A stretch of DNA of 64,000 nucleotides from Octopus bimaculoides (Eukaryota): contig NC_069004.1 in assembly GCF_001194135.2 (NCBI RefSeq), forward strand, positions 9,356,890-9,420,889. Direction: 5' to 3'. The translations under genes and the position numbers were made by a program. How positions within the stretch are numbered: the stretch's first letter is position 1; the number at the start of each line of letters is the position of its first letter. Under the pieces are notes generated by a model. The model did not search any database. It saw nothing but the letters and a program-made list of their open reading frames with translations, and was not told where the DNA came from. This document shows, in pieces, positions 26,121 through 39,297 of this stretch.

Positions 26121-28063
26121 AGTAGATTTGTACATGTGTGTCTTTAAGTATGTCTGTATTTTTGCATATATGGAGCTATAAGTATTCATTCTTCTATCTC
26201 GTGGCGTGCATGCAATGAATTTCTTTGCCCCGCCCCCTGGCGATTTTTCGTATTCCTCCGATTTACAGATGGGAGATTCTGAATATGCAATCACCCCCAG
26301 TATGACCTAGAATAAGCAGGGAATAAAAAAAAATGGCTCTGTAGAGATGAGCCTGAAATAAGTGTATTGTTTGTATTTATCTCTCTTCGAAACGTCAGTA
26401 CTTTCCCATCCTCGCTCTCACTTAAGAATGTCTAAAAATCATAAGTGAAATGGAATAAAGATGAAATTGGATTCTGTTAATATTTTTGCATATTCGGAAT
26501 CTCTGTTAAAGGTAGGAATCCGAAAAATTTTTTCACAAAAATTCGTTTTTCAAAGGGGTGCGATTCTGCATTAGCCTCTATACCTATTGGTTCAGCTGAA
26601 TCAATTTGAAATGATTTAATAAAGAGAACACATTTAGTTACATTATATGGCCATGGTTTTAGATAGTTACGCTCTTGAAGACAAGTCAGGTGCTTTATCA
26701 TGCTACTTGTTAATTCCGGGAAAATTATTGATACTCAAGCAGACTGTTCTGAGACTTACTGAACTCCGTATATTAAAAGACTACGTCTCACGCACACACA
26801 TTGAAAATACACGCATATACATGAATACACACACAATGAAAGACAGCGAAAAGTCAACATTGTAAAAAAACCCACCCCCAAAACTGTTGTGGCAGAAGTC
26901 AACATCTCTGAGATTGAAACAAGACACTTATTTACGGCTGTAAATAGACTACATCCAGTAGCACAGAAAGGAAAACCTATGTAGGTTAGGTTTGACGAAG
27001 AAGTCGAACCATTTCTCCTACGAAACAATACTGATGTAAGACGGTCGAACCTTACGTTATAACAAACACTAACCAAAACCTGCAATATATACCCATTAAT
27101 ATATTATTTTATTTTTTTGGCTATTCTTCGTTTTAATGTCCTAAAATGTTATTTACCTCATTTATAAATTTATTCAGTTCAACGATCTTTCTGGGCAAAT
27201 ATATCTATCATATTTTCATAGAAATCTTCTCTTTTCATCAATTGTTGTAATAAATCTTTTTCAATTGACATTAGTGCTGACCCAGACAGTCTTCTTTCTC
27301 CTGTTGCATTTCTTTGGTATCTTTTGATTCTACTTTATTTCATTACAATTTGCCATAGGGGCAGAACACAGAGTAGCTGCGGGCTGGACAAACACATTAA
27401 TGAGATGAAATGAATTATAAATATGATGATATAAATGGGAGAAGACAAAAGCCGCCCGCCGAACTTTGCTTCTCTAAAACACTGTCCTTTTATAAATCAG
27501 AAAAATTTACAAATTGAGGCGGCTACGAACCTCGTACATAAAACACCAAATTATTAAGGCACTTGCTTCTTATAATATTTCAGAAATGGATCGCTCTACA
27601 GAAGTAGTGGTAGACGGAATTGTCAAAATCAACTTGCACAGATTAAAGAAACAAAACACTTATATATTTGTTTTCAGAACACTCCAAAAATATAATAAGG
27701 CAAACAGATGTTTTGGATAAAGAAAAATTCAAACTTACCGCCAAGTTCTTCCACCATGTCAGCTGTCTAACTGAGGAATTATGGGATTGCTGTTAGCAAC
27801 AATTATATACTAACAAAAAGACAGAGAGGGGGTGTCTGTCACGTGGGTCTTCTCAAAGCAGACGTACAAGTCACTCAGAGAGGGGGAGGGGAGGCAGAAT
27901 ATTTCGAAAACACCTGGACAGATTTTCTTTGGAACAAAGCAACTATTTTATGTAATTTTCCGATGATATGGATTAAAAATCATAGAGCATGCAGTGCATA
28001 TCTTGCATATTTGAGAGTGCACGCCCCTGATATATATATATATATATAAAGATATCTATCTAG

Positions 28064-28120
<57 letters not shown>

Positions 28121-28205
28121 TATTAGTAGATTTGTACATGTGTGTCTTTAAGTATGTCTGTGTATTTTTGCATATATGGAGCTATAAGTATTCATTCTTC
28201 TATCT
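26117..28205. repeat. 83/85-bp direct repeat pair (26117-26199 and 28121-28205) flanking the hAT element
   Basis: TATTAGTAGATTTGTACATG...TATTCATTCTTCTATCT is identical in both copies apart from one TG indel. Confidence 0.95.
26199..28029 (-). mobile_element. Internally deleted hAT (Tip100/ZMYM1-like) DNA transposon
   Basis: The 5' end reads CAGGGGCGTGCAC (28029-28017) and the opposite end is imperfect, TCGTGGCGTGCA (26199-26210). Minus-strand dimerisation-domain fragments: LCKLILTIPSTTTSVERSIS (27641-27582) and IKRYQRNATGERRLSGSALMSIEKDLL...IDIFAQKDR*TE*IYK* (27328-27158). These are split by a 233-bp insert flanked by TGAAATA repeats. Possible short first exon ATGGTGGAAGAACTTGGCG|GTAAGT (27757-27739). 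Confidence 0.8.
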
Positions 28206-28355
28206 GTGTATGCATATCTGTAATTGTGCATTTATGATTGCATTTGTATGTGTGTATGTGAGTTGACTTGTGTATGTGCAGATGTGTGTGTTAATACTTG
28301 TGTGTGTATATGTGTATGTCAACTTGTGTATATGAAGCTGTGTGTGTTAGTCTAT

Positions 28356-29234
28356 NNNNNNNNNNNNNNNNNNNNNNNNNNNNNNNNNNNNNNNNNNNNN
28401 NNNNNNNNNNNNNNNNNNNNNNNNNNNNNNNNNNNNNNNNNNNNNNNNNNNNNNNNNNNNNNNNNNNNNNNNNNNNNNNNNNNNNNNNNNNNNNNNNNNN
28501 NNNNNNNNNNNNNNNNNNNNNNNNNNNNNNNNNNNNNNNNNNNNNNNNNNNNNNNNNNNNNNNNNNNNNNNNNNNNNNNNNNNNNNNNNNNNNNNNNNNN
28601 NNNNNNNNNNNNNNNNNNNNNNNNNNNNNNNNNNNNNNNNNNNNNNNNNNNNNNNNNNNNNNNNNNNNNNNNNNNNNNNNNNNNNNNNNNNNNNNNNNNN
28701 NNNNNNNNNNNNNNNNNNNNNNNNNNNNNNNNNNNNNNNNNNNNNNNNNNNNNNNNNNNNNNNNNNNNNNNNNNNNNNNNNNNNNNNNNNNNNNNNNNNN
28801 NNNNNNNNNNNNNNNNNNNNNNNNNNNNNNNNNNNNNNNNNNNNNNNNNNNNNNNNNNNNNNNNNNNNNNNNNNNNNNNNNNNNNNNNNNNNNNNNNNNN
28901 NNNNNNNNNNNNNNNNNNNNNNNNNNNNNNNNNNNNNNNNNNNNNNNNNNNNNNNNNNNNNNNNNNNNNNNNNNNNNNNNNNNNNNNNNNNNNNNNNNNN
29001 NNNNNNNNNNNNNNNNNNNNNNNNNNNNNNNNNNNNNNNNNNNNNNNNNNNNNNNNNNNNNNNNNNNNNNNNNNNNNNNNNNNNNNNNNNNNNNNNNNNN
29101 NNNNNNNNNNNNNNNNNNNNNNNNNNNNNNNNNNNNNNNNNNNNNNNNNNNNNNNNNNNNNNNNNNNNNNNNNNNNNNNNNNNNNNNNNNNNNNNNNNNN
29201 NNNNNNNNNNNNNNNNNNNNNNNNNNNNNNNNNN
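28356..29234. other. Assembly gap (largest in the window)
   Basis: N-run. Other gaps: 8517-8526, 10009-10411, 11230-11547, 20443-20781, 37113-37836, 38562-38790, 43028-43037, 54900-54909. Confidence 1.
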
Positions 29235-29261
29235 TATATATATATATATATATATACATAC

Positions 29262-29296
<35 letters not shown>

Positions 29297-29355
29297 TAAA
29301 CATACATAGATACACACACACATATATATATATATACATAAATATATACATACAT

Positions 29356-29400
<45 letters not shown>

Positions 29401-29726
29401 TCTGTATCATAGCACATACAAGCCTGTACATACCTTGGTGTAGCAGTGTATATTTTCAATGTGATATATACATCATGTGCAGGAGACATGCACATAATAT
29501 ATCTTGTGTACCAATGGATGGAAAGTATTTATTTATCAGAGAATACTTTAAACGTAATCCATTCTTTTCACCTTTTGTTCACTTTTTCTGTCTCATCCAC
29601 TTTACTGTCTTTGTCGTATATGTCCTCACTTTCTCATTTGTACATACACATGTTTATATGTATCTAGATTTATATATATTCATATATATATAGATATACA
29701 TACACACACGCGCGTGTGTGTGTGTG

Positions 29727-29775
<49 letters not shown>

Positions 29776-29923
29776 ATACATATATGTATGCATACACACA
29801 CACACACACATATATATATATGACACACATATGTATATATATATATATAAATATATATACATCTGTATATTTTTACATATATATATGTATACATATAACA
29901 CATATATATTTTTTGTATGTGTC

Positions 29924-29927
<4 letters not shown>

Positions 29928-30006
<79 letters not shown>
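29928..30006. repeat. (TA)n microsatellite, representative of dozens of TA/CA/ATC/AAT/CTA tracts
   Basis: Long uninterrupted TA run; similar runs occur throughout, many next to N-gaps. Confidence 0.95.
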
Positions 30007-30011
<5 letters not shown>

Positions 30012-30634
30012 AATGAGTCATGCCCACTAACATTGCTGCCATGTAACAACTCACATCAATCCATCGCCATGCAGATACACACACACGCACGCACACACAC
30101 ACATGTGCATGCACACTCCGCTATGCACACCCATTCTGCTCTCACTTCTACTAATCCGCTTTCTTCTCAACAACAGCTTCTTACTGTTGTTACCAATGAT
30201 GAAGGCTCTGTGTTGTTTCGAGACTTGTGTAGAACGGAAGGCCTATGACACAGTCATGACAATGAGGGAAGCCTGTTTGTCTGCCTGTCTGTTTTTTGGA
30301 TGTTATTTAGTGTATCTGTGTGCGTGTACGTGTGTGTGTGTGTGAGTGTATTTGTGTGGTGTATTTGTATGCTCACATTTTTGCGGATGCTTGTATGAGC
30401 AAGTGTACTCGTGCCATGCAGTTTGCCCGAGGGTGTTTATACATCCATACCTCTTAACGGTTATTTTTAATACTTTTCTCGCTGGATTGTGCAATCATTT
30501 CTCTTTTTGTCATCTGTGATTTTATTTTTGATCTTCTATATAAATGAAGATATTTCCTCCATCTGCCTGCTTTTCTCTCTACAAAACAGAAAGTTACATT
30601 GTGGAACAGTAATTTTAATAAGTTGTATTTATCT

Positions 30635-30740
30635 ATCACCCGATGAGATACATCTGCACCACCGGATGCTCCTGAACCAGTGGCTGAGTATCCCACCCAA
30701 GAGGAATCGATGCTAAATGTGTCGAAACAATTGTCGTGAT
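30635..30740 (+). ncRNA. Type-I hammerhead ribozyme fold of Penelope-like-element style, core variant CCGAUGA
   Basis: Stem I ATCAC (30635-39) pairs with GTGAT (30736-40). Core CCGATGA at 30640-46. Stem II GATACAT (30647-53) pairs with ATGTGTC (30717-23). GAAA at 30724-27, palindromic stem III ACAATTGT, and GUC cleavage triplet ending at 30735. Confidence 0.65.
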
Positions 30741-30784
30741 TAATAATAAATTCTCATATATTCCATCTTCTGTCTTTCATTTGC

Positions 30785-30821
<37 letters not shown>

Positions 30822-32033
30822 TTTTAAAATTTTTTTTAATTATTTATGCGCCCTTTCAAAACCTAGCCAGGCTCATGGGCCCAGTTTCCATGGCATATGT
30901 GTTCCCCCCAGCTGGACGGGATGCCAGTCCATCGCAGCGTTACTCAGGAAACAGGAAGAAAGAGTGAGAGAAAGTTGGGGCAAAAGAGTACAGCAGGGTT
31001 CACCACCATCCCCTGCTGGAGCCTCATGGAGCTTATTCATATATGTGATGGTATAAACACACATACACGCTTTTACATGTGTCTGTGCGATTGCACATGA
31101 GTTTGTGCGTGTGTGTGTGTGCGTGCGTGCATGTGTAATGTATAGTGCTGCATACATCCGATATAGACAGGAATGTAAGGCTATCTTCTGGACATGGCAG
31201 GTGTATTTAATGAACAATTTAGAACTATTTACAGTTCAGTGATATCAGAGAGAAAAAAAATATGAGCTGTGGAGTAAACTGTGTAGTTTAGATATTTTCT
31301 TGAAGTAAACTGTGTTTTACTTCAAGAAGCAAAAAAACCAAAAAAAAACCACCACTGTACACAACTATTCACAAGTTATGACTGCGTGGTTAAGAAGCTC
31401 ACTTTGCAGCCACAGTTTTGGTTTCAATCCCACTGCATGGCACCTAGACCCAAGCCAAGCAATGTCTGGTGAGTGAATTTAGTAGGCAAAAACTGTGTGT
31501 GAGTTCAAATTCTTTGGGGATCGACTTTGCCCTTCATCCTTTTGAGATCGATGAAATAAGTACCAGTTATGCACTGAGGTCGATGTAATTGACTAACCGC
31601 CTCCCCCAAAGTTTAGTAGAAGAAGCTATGTGTTTGTGTATGTGTCCTTGTCTCCCCACCCCACCTGACTGTTGGTGTTGGTTTGTTCGTGTACCTGTAA
31701 CTCAGTGGTTTGACAAAAGAGACTGATAGAATAAGTATTAGACTAAAATATATAAGAACTAGGGCAGCACCCCCAACATAGTCACATTCCAAATAAAGAT
31801 GAATGATACTTTTCTATGCTATGCTGTGACACCACCCTGAAGGGTTTAGTTAATTAAATTTTCTATTATAAACATATAAACTAATCTGACAGTCCTCAGT
31901 CAAACCATCCAACCCATGCCAGCATGGAAAGCGAATGTTAAAAGATGATGATGATGATATAGATAGATATATACATGTATACATACGCATATACATATAA
32001 ACATATAAAGCATACATAGATGTTTGTGTGTAC

Positions 32034-32065
<32 letters not shown>

Positions 32066-32272
32066 GGAGGAGACTTTGTAGCAGTCTCTTTTGTAAGAAT
32101 GAGAGTTGAAACATCTGACCATCTTCAGGAAAAAACAAACTGAATGTATTTAATCTGTTTGAAGTATTGAGTTCTTTTTTATTGTTGATTACTATGAGTA
32201 TTCATTTAGCATTCCTCTCTCCATCCATCTGTGTGGTCTACCTGCATCCCCCTCCTGTTTCAGTGTGTGCAC

Positions 32273-32327
<55 letters not shown>

Positions 32328-33598
32328 TATCTCTCTGTATCTAAATGTTCTATGTATATATGTATAAATAATATAAGACTAGCTATCTGTCTATCTGCAT
32401 ATACACGTGCTTCACACATCCATATATATATATATATATATATGCATACACATACAAAGAGAGACATATGTATCTATATAGAGAGGGAGGAAGTAAAATG
32501 TGTCTTCTTTTACATATGCGCACACACACGTGTGTGTGTATATATATATATACATATATACTATAAACTATTTTACCTCAATATATACATACACATAACA
32601 TCCAATTTAACTAACATTATTCCATTTATCTAAACACACCTGACCCAACTGAGAACTTCTGACAAAATAGCCTCCAGTGCCCCTTAGATGATTGGAAAAG
32701 GAAAAAGAATAATACTAACAAATAAATAAGATAACATAAAATATGAATAAAAAAAATGTAATAAAACAGTAAAAAGAAAGAAAGCATGTTAGTTGGCTTT
32801 CAACCAAGAAGCTAGTTAAATGAATCCATACCCCCATGGGTTTACTAAACCATTTCAAATTCATTGCCGATATATAATAGATAATAGCTGGTCTCAGGTG
32901 ATGCTAAGTTCATAAAGCTAGAAGAAAATGTTTGATATGAAGATATGTTGGTGTTGTAAGGGGCAGGAACGAGAAGGTGAGGTGTTATATCTGAGAGATT
33001 AATAACTCCATTGCTGTCATCATCATAATCGTCATCACCATCATCTCTATCATAATCATAGCTCCTGCCATTGATTAGCGAAGATTTTGTGACGTCAGTA
33101 GTTGAGGGCACAGGTGTGTTGAACTGTCGGTTAATAGTGATGATTTAATACTCCTCACCGTCGTTCTATGAAAACTTTTTGGAAAGTGTCTGAAGCGACC
33201 AGGTGTGAAGATCTGCCATCATCACACTTGTTTATTAATTTTGTGCATTTACTTATCATCATTAACATCACTATTTACATAGTGTATATATGCATACACA
33301 TTTATACATATGTGTGTGTGTGTGTGTGTATACATACATATAAATACATATACATTTATATATATATATATAGTAAAGTCTATTTGCCAACACAATGTGG
33401 AAGTCCTACACAATATGATGTTACTACTTTTTAACCCCAGGAAAACATCTCTTCCAGCTGGCTACTGACACATAGTCTGCATCCATATATATATATTAAT
33501 GTATATGCATTTATACCTATGTACACACACACACGCATGTGTACACATATGCATTTATATATCTGTGTGTGTGTGTATACATCTTTCTCTCTACACAT

Positions 33599-33648
<50 letters not shown>

Positions 33649-34645
33649 AGACAACTCAACATGTGTAGAAATATAAACATGCATTGCCCCATTACATACA
33701 ATTGTTAGATCATCTGTTATGGGTCAATGATTACCAACATTCTACAAAACTCAGGTAAGACTCACAATAGAGTATCAACCATAATTAATTAGAGATACAA
33801 AGCTGACGAACTGGCAGAATTGTTAACATGTCAGACAAAATGCTTAACAGAATTTCTTCTGGTTCTTTACATGCTGAGCTCAACTTAGCCTTTCATCTTT
33901 TCAGTGTAAGACAAAGTACCAGTCAGATACTGGGGATCTATGTAATCAACTATCCCCTCTCCTCAGAATTCCTGGCCTTGTGCCCAAATAAAAAAGAATT
34001 AATTAGAGATATGACCAGGAAAGTGTAAAACTTTGCATCCGTATATCTTATTGAAATCTTTAAGCTTTCTTATTTCACTGTAATACTTTTGGCAAATGGA
34101 TGAACCCCACCACTTCTTTTCCTTCCACAATATGGCAACATTATTGCAAGTGTCAATCAAGGAGATAGCAAAGTCAATAGTCTTATATTCCTCTTGTACA
34201 AAACATGTTTAATTTCATTAAATGAAATGCATTATGGAAATATCACCTGACATACATGCAAGATATTGCATGTGACTTGTGCACAATAACAGCAGCTAAA
34301 TAGTGTCAGCTAGTGCCAGGGGCAATAGGTTGGCTGTCACATGTGCACCAGTTCTAAAATGCAATGATCTGTTTTAATAAGAACTTGGAGTAGAATTCTT
34401 CAATAGAATACAATCATTTATCAATGATCCAGATTTTTTTAAAATTTCATTTCAACCTCATTTTATTTGCAGTGATATTGGCTGCTGTTGTGGCTGTTGT
34501 AATGGTGATAGTAATAGCTGATACAGTGGTGGTGGTCGTGGTAGTTGTTGTACTTGCTGGCATGGTTGCAGTAGTAGATATTGGCCTTATGGTAGTTAGT
34601 TGTTATGACACACGCACACACATGTACATTACATATATATATATA

Positions 34646-35036
34646 TATACTCTTTTACTTGTTTCAGTCATTTGACTGTGGCCATGCTGGAGCACCGCCT
34701 TTAGTCGAGCAAATCGACCCCAGGACTTATTCTTTGGAAGCCTAGTACTTATTCTATCGGTCTCTTTTGCCGAACCGCTAAGTTACGGGGATGTAAACAC
34801 ACCAGCATCGGTTGTCAAGCGATGTTGGGGGGACAAACACAGACACATATACACACACACATTTATATATATACATATATACGACAGGCTTCTTTCAGTT
34901 TCCGTCTACCAAATCCACTCACAAGGCTTTAGTCGGCCCGAGGCTATAGTAGAAGACACTTGCCCAAGGTGCCACGCAGTGGGACTGAACCCAGAACCAT
35001 GTGGTTGGTAGGCAAGCTACTTACCACACAGCCACT
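34646..35036 (-). mobile_element. SINE family A, full-length copy
   Basis: Nearly collinear with 1955-2355. Confidence 0.85.
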
Positions 35037-35174
35037 CACACAAGTGTACCTACATACAAACACATTGTATATGCATACACACACACACATTCCCAAACAT
35101 ATTATATACTGTAAGTACATACACACATATTCTGGGGTTTTGAGATTCTGACCTTCTGCAAATGTTATGCCTCA

Positions 35175-35210
<36 letters not shown>

Positions 35211-35689
35211 TAAATACCAAAATAAGCCAACTTTCATTTATATTAAATATTTCATCCGAGAATGTTGGAAACATGCTAGACTGCAGTCACGCAATGATCG
35301 AGAAAATTTATGAGAACAAAGTGAAAGTAATAATGCATTACAGATAAAAGCTACAGCAATTGTTAAGCAATGCCCTGGTTTAATGACTGAAGCGTAAAGG
35401 CTATTGGTAATTTAATTAAAGGATCAAAATCAGTGTGATATGTCCATTAGTCTTGGTTTAGTGAAGAAAACCAAAAAGCTCAGATCCTTTTCAGTGGATT
35501 AAAACTTGGACAAGTAGCAAGCAAAGGTGATAATGGGGAAGAATTTGGTTCAATCATTCTAACCCTTTTCATACCAATCTATCCGAGACTTCTCTGAATT
35601 ATGTGATACAAACTTCTGACTTTAAAGTGGTCTGAATTAAAACTTCCCATCGCAATTTTATGTTGATATAGGTTTCAAACACCAGCTTA

Positions 35690-36140
35690 TCATCATCATC
35701 ATCATCGTTTATCGTCTGCTTTCCATGCTAGCATGAGTTGGACGATTTGACTGAGGACTGGTGATCCAGATGGCTACACCAGGCTCCAATCTGATTTGGC
35801 AGAGTTTCTACAGCTGGATGCCCTTCCTAACGCCAACCATTCCGAGAGTGTAGTGGGTGCTTTTACGTGCCACCAGCACGAAGGCCAGTCAGGCGGTACC
35901 GGTAACGGCCACACTCAAAATGGTGTTTTTTACGTGTCACCTGCACAGGAGCCAGTCCAAGGGCACTGGCAACGACCTCGCTCGAATGACTTTTCACGTG
36001 CCAGGAATGCAAAGCTGTGACACAAGTGCCTGGAAGGCTATGCTGGTAACAATCATGCTCGAAAGGTGGTGCCATCACGATTTCGCTTTCGCTTGCCCCA
36101 ACAGGTCTTTGCAAGCAGAGTTTAGTGTCCAATGCAGGAG
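35690..36140 (-). mobile_element. SINE family C, (GAT)n-tailed
   Basis: Shares AGGAAGGGCATCCAGCTGTAGAAAC...CATGCTAGCATGGAAAGC.GACG.TAAACGATGATG with copies at about 9325-9525, 10797-11150, 21950-22090 and 24055-24260. Confidence 0.8.
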
Positions 36141-38429
36141 ACAAAGCTCCTTCCTGAGTCACATACACTCATAGGGCTTGATCCTCTAGCATATATATAC
36201 GACCCCTGGATGGGATGCCAGTCTGCTGCAGGAATACTCACTTTTTGCCAGCGGAGTGGACTGGAGCAACATGAAACAAAGTGTGTTGCTCAAGAACACA
36301 ACACAGCACTCAATCAAGCAGTGACAGGGGGAAAACGCAGATATATACCTATATATACACGACAGGCTTCTTTCAGTTTCTGTCTACCAAATCCACTCAC
36401 AAGGTTTTGGTCAGCATAATGTTATAGTAGAAGACATTTGTCCAAGGTGCCACACAGTGGGATTGAACCCAGAACCATGTGATTGGGAAACAAGTTTCTT
36501 ACCACACAGCCATGCCTGTACCTATATATATCTTTATCTTTTATCTCTTACTTGTTTCTGTCATTAGACTGTGGCCAAGCTGAGGTACCATTTAGAAGAG
36601 TTTAAGTCAAACAAATCAACTCCACTACTTATACTATCAGTCTCTTTTACTGAATCTTAAGGTATGGGGACAAAAACAAACCAGCACCGGTTGTCAAGCA
36701 GTAGGAAAACAAACACACTCACACACACACACATATATATTTACATATGCATGATGAGATTCTACAGTTTTCTGTCTACCAAATTTACTCACAAGGCATT
36801 GGTGGGTCTGGGGCTATAGCAGAATACATCTGCCCAAAAGTGTTACACAGGGGCCTGAAGTCAGAACCACGTGGTTGCAAAGCAAAATTCTTAACCATAC
36901 AACCTTGTCCACACCTGTGACAGACAGACAGACAGACAGAGTTTGATTTTAAAAACCTTAAAAATAATGACGAAAATTATAAAGCAAGAAAAAGAGATAA
37001 AAAAAAAAAAACCAAAGTAAAACACCCAAAGCATAGTTTATTGACACTGATATCATCATCATCATCATCATCATCATCACTGCCATTGTCGTTATCATCA
37101 TCATCATCATCANNNNNNNNNNNNNNNNNNNNNNNNNNNNNNNNNNNNNNNNNNNNNNNNNNNNNNNNNNNNNNNNNNNNNNNNNNNNNNNNNNNNNNNN
37201 NNNNNNNNNNNNNNNNNNNNNNNNNNNNNNNNNNNNNNNNNNNNNNNNNNNNNNNNNNNNNNNNNNNNNNNNNNNNNNNNNNNNNNNNNNNNNNNNNNNN
37301 NNNNNNNNNNNNNNNNNNNNNNNNNNNNNNNNNNNNNNNNNNNNNNNNNNNNNNNNNNNNNNNNNNNNNNNNNNNNNNNNNNNNNNNNNNNNNNNNNNNN
37401 NNNNNNNNNNNNNNNNNNNNNNNNNNNNNNNNNNNNNNNNNNNNNNNNNNNNNNNNNNNNNNNNNNNNNNNNNNNNNNNNNNNNNNNNNNNNNNNNNNNN
37501 NNNNNNNNNNNNNNNNNNNNNNNNNNNNNNNNNNNNNNNNNNNNNNNNNNNNNNNNNNNNNNNNNNNNNNNNNNNNNNNNNNNNNNNNNNNNNNNNNNNN
37601 NNNNNNNNNNNNNNNNNNNNNNNNNNNNNNNNNNNNNNNNNNNNNNNNNNNNNNNNNNNNNNNNNNNNNNNNNNNNNNNNNNNNNNNNNNNNNNNNNNNN
37701 NNNNNNNNNNNNNNNNNNNNNNNNNNNNNNNNNNNNNNNNNNNNNNNNNNNNNNNNNNNNNNNNNNNNNNNNNNNNNNNNNNNNNNNNNNNNNNNNNNNN
37801 NNNNNNNNNNNNNNNNNNNNNNNNNNNNNNNNNNNNGACAGACAAAATACTGCCAAGCATTTAGCCCAGATGCTAAGAATTCTGCAAGCTTGCTGCCTTA
37901 GGAGAATTGATAATAATAATAATAATATTAATAATAATAACAATAATACTAATAATAATAATAATTATGGTTTCACATTTTGACACAAGGCCAGCAATTT
38001 TGAGGAAGAGGTAAGTCAATTACTCCTATATGGACCCCAATGTTCAACTGGTACTTATTTTATCAAATCCTCAAGGATGAAAGGCAAAGTCAACCTTGGC
38101 AGAATTTGAACTCAGAACGTAAAGGCAGACAAAATACCGCCAAGCATTTTAGCCCAGCGTGCTAATAGTTCCTTCCGCTCGCTCACTGCCTTAGGAGAAT
38201 TTGATGATAATAAGATTAATAATAATAATCCTTTCTATTTATAGGTTGAAGGTCTGGAATTTGTGGGGAGGGGATAGTTGATTTCATTGACCCCCTCGCC
38301 CCGACCCCAGTACTTGACTGGTACTTAATTTATCGACCCTCAAAGGATGAAAGGCAACAATGGACTAAATGCAGCTAAGCATTTTGCTCAGTGCTAACAA
38401 TTCTGCCAGCTCACTGCCTCAGGAGAATC

Positions 38430-38468
<39 letters not shown>

Positions 38469-38790
38469 TATCATTATTATTATAATATAATAATAATTAT
38501 TATTATCATTATTACCATAATTATCAACAAAGGAGTTTCATCGTTTACTTTACGCATTCCCNNNNNNNNNNNNNNNNNNNNNNNNNNNNNNNNNNNNNNN
38601 NNNNNNNNNNNNNNNNNNNNNNNNNNNNNNNNNNNNNNNNNNNNNNNNNNNNNNNNNNNNNNNNNNNNNNNNNNNNNNNNNNNNNNNNNNNNNNNNNNNN
38701 NNNNNNNNNNNNNNNNNNNNNNNNNNNNNNNNNNNNNNNNNNNNNNNNNNNNNNNNNNNNNNNNNNNNNNNNNNNNNNNNNNNNNNNNNN

Positions 38791-38847
<57 letters not shown>

Positions 38848-38856
38848 GCATGTATA

Positions 38857-38888
<32 letters not shown>

Positions 38889-39103
38889 CATATATATATG
38901 TACATATTTTGATGTGGGTGTGAATATACATTGCATATATATATATGTGCGTGTTAGTATGTATATATGTATGCAAATTTATAAATATATCTCTATATGC
39001 CTGTGTATGTAAGTGTGCGTGTGTGTATGTATACATACATACATACAGACAGAACGATGTGTTTCTTGTTTGGCCTGTTGTCACATCCACCAAAATGGCT
39101 GTG

Positions 39104-39297
39104 CTACCTTCTTTTCTCTCCTTTCTGGGTACGTTTCTTCTCGTTTTCCTTCCTCTCTTGGCGTTTGTTTTTCTGTGCTTCGCGGTCCTGTTTGTCCTTC
39201 TCCTTCTTCTTCTCGTTCTCCTGCTTCATCTTCTCCCGCATCTCTTTCTCCTGCCTCTGAATGCTGTCCCGGTTCATGTTAGCCAGCAGAGGCATCG
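39104..39297 (-). CDS. CCDC43: CCDC43 exon 5, C-terminal coiled coil
   Basis: Acceptor tttgaaag|CG (phase 1). (A)MPLLANMNRDSIQRQEKEMREKMKQENEKKKEKDKQDREAQKNKRQERKENEKKRTQKGEKRR* matches the CCDC43 C-terminus KQERKEKEKKRTQRGERKR. TAG at 39104-39106. Assembled protein is 229 aa. Confidence 0.93.

Noticed and set aside
26340-26400. CTTCGAAACGTCAGT, hammerhead-like 3' half
   Set aside because: There is no upstream CUGANGA core or matching stem I.
27739-27900. Apparent first exon MVEELG|GTAAGT with X-box-like (ATTGCTGTTAGCAAC) and E-box (CACGTG) motifs, suggesting a host gene
   Set aside because: It lies inside the hAT element, in the transposase orientation and near its 5' TIR. It is better explained as the transposase promoter and first exon, and no downstream host exons were found.
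20782-33760. Splice-site-bounded unique islands (minus: 20790-20845, 29433-29500, 30190-30240, 32641-32683, ORF 32845-33145; plus: 21010-21090, 33710-33755)
   Set aside because: They could not be joined into a recognisable, phase-consistent protein, and such sites occur by chance in 64 kb. An unannotated gene or lncRNA cannot be excluded without RNA-seq.
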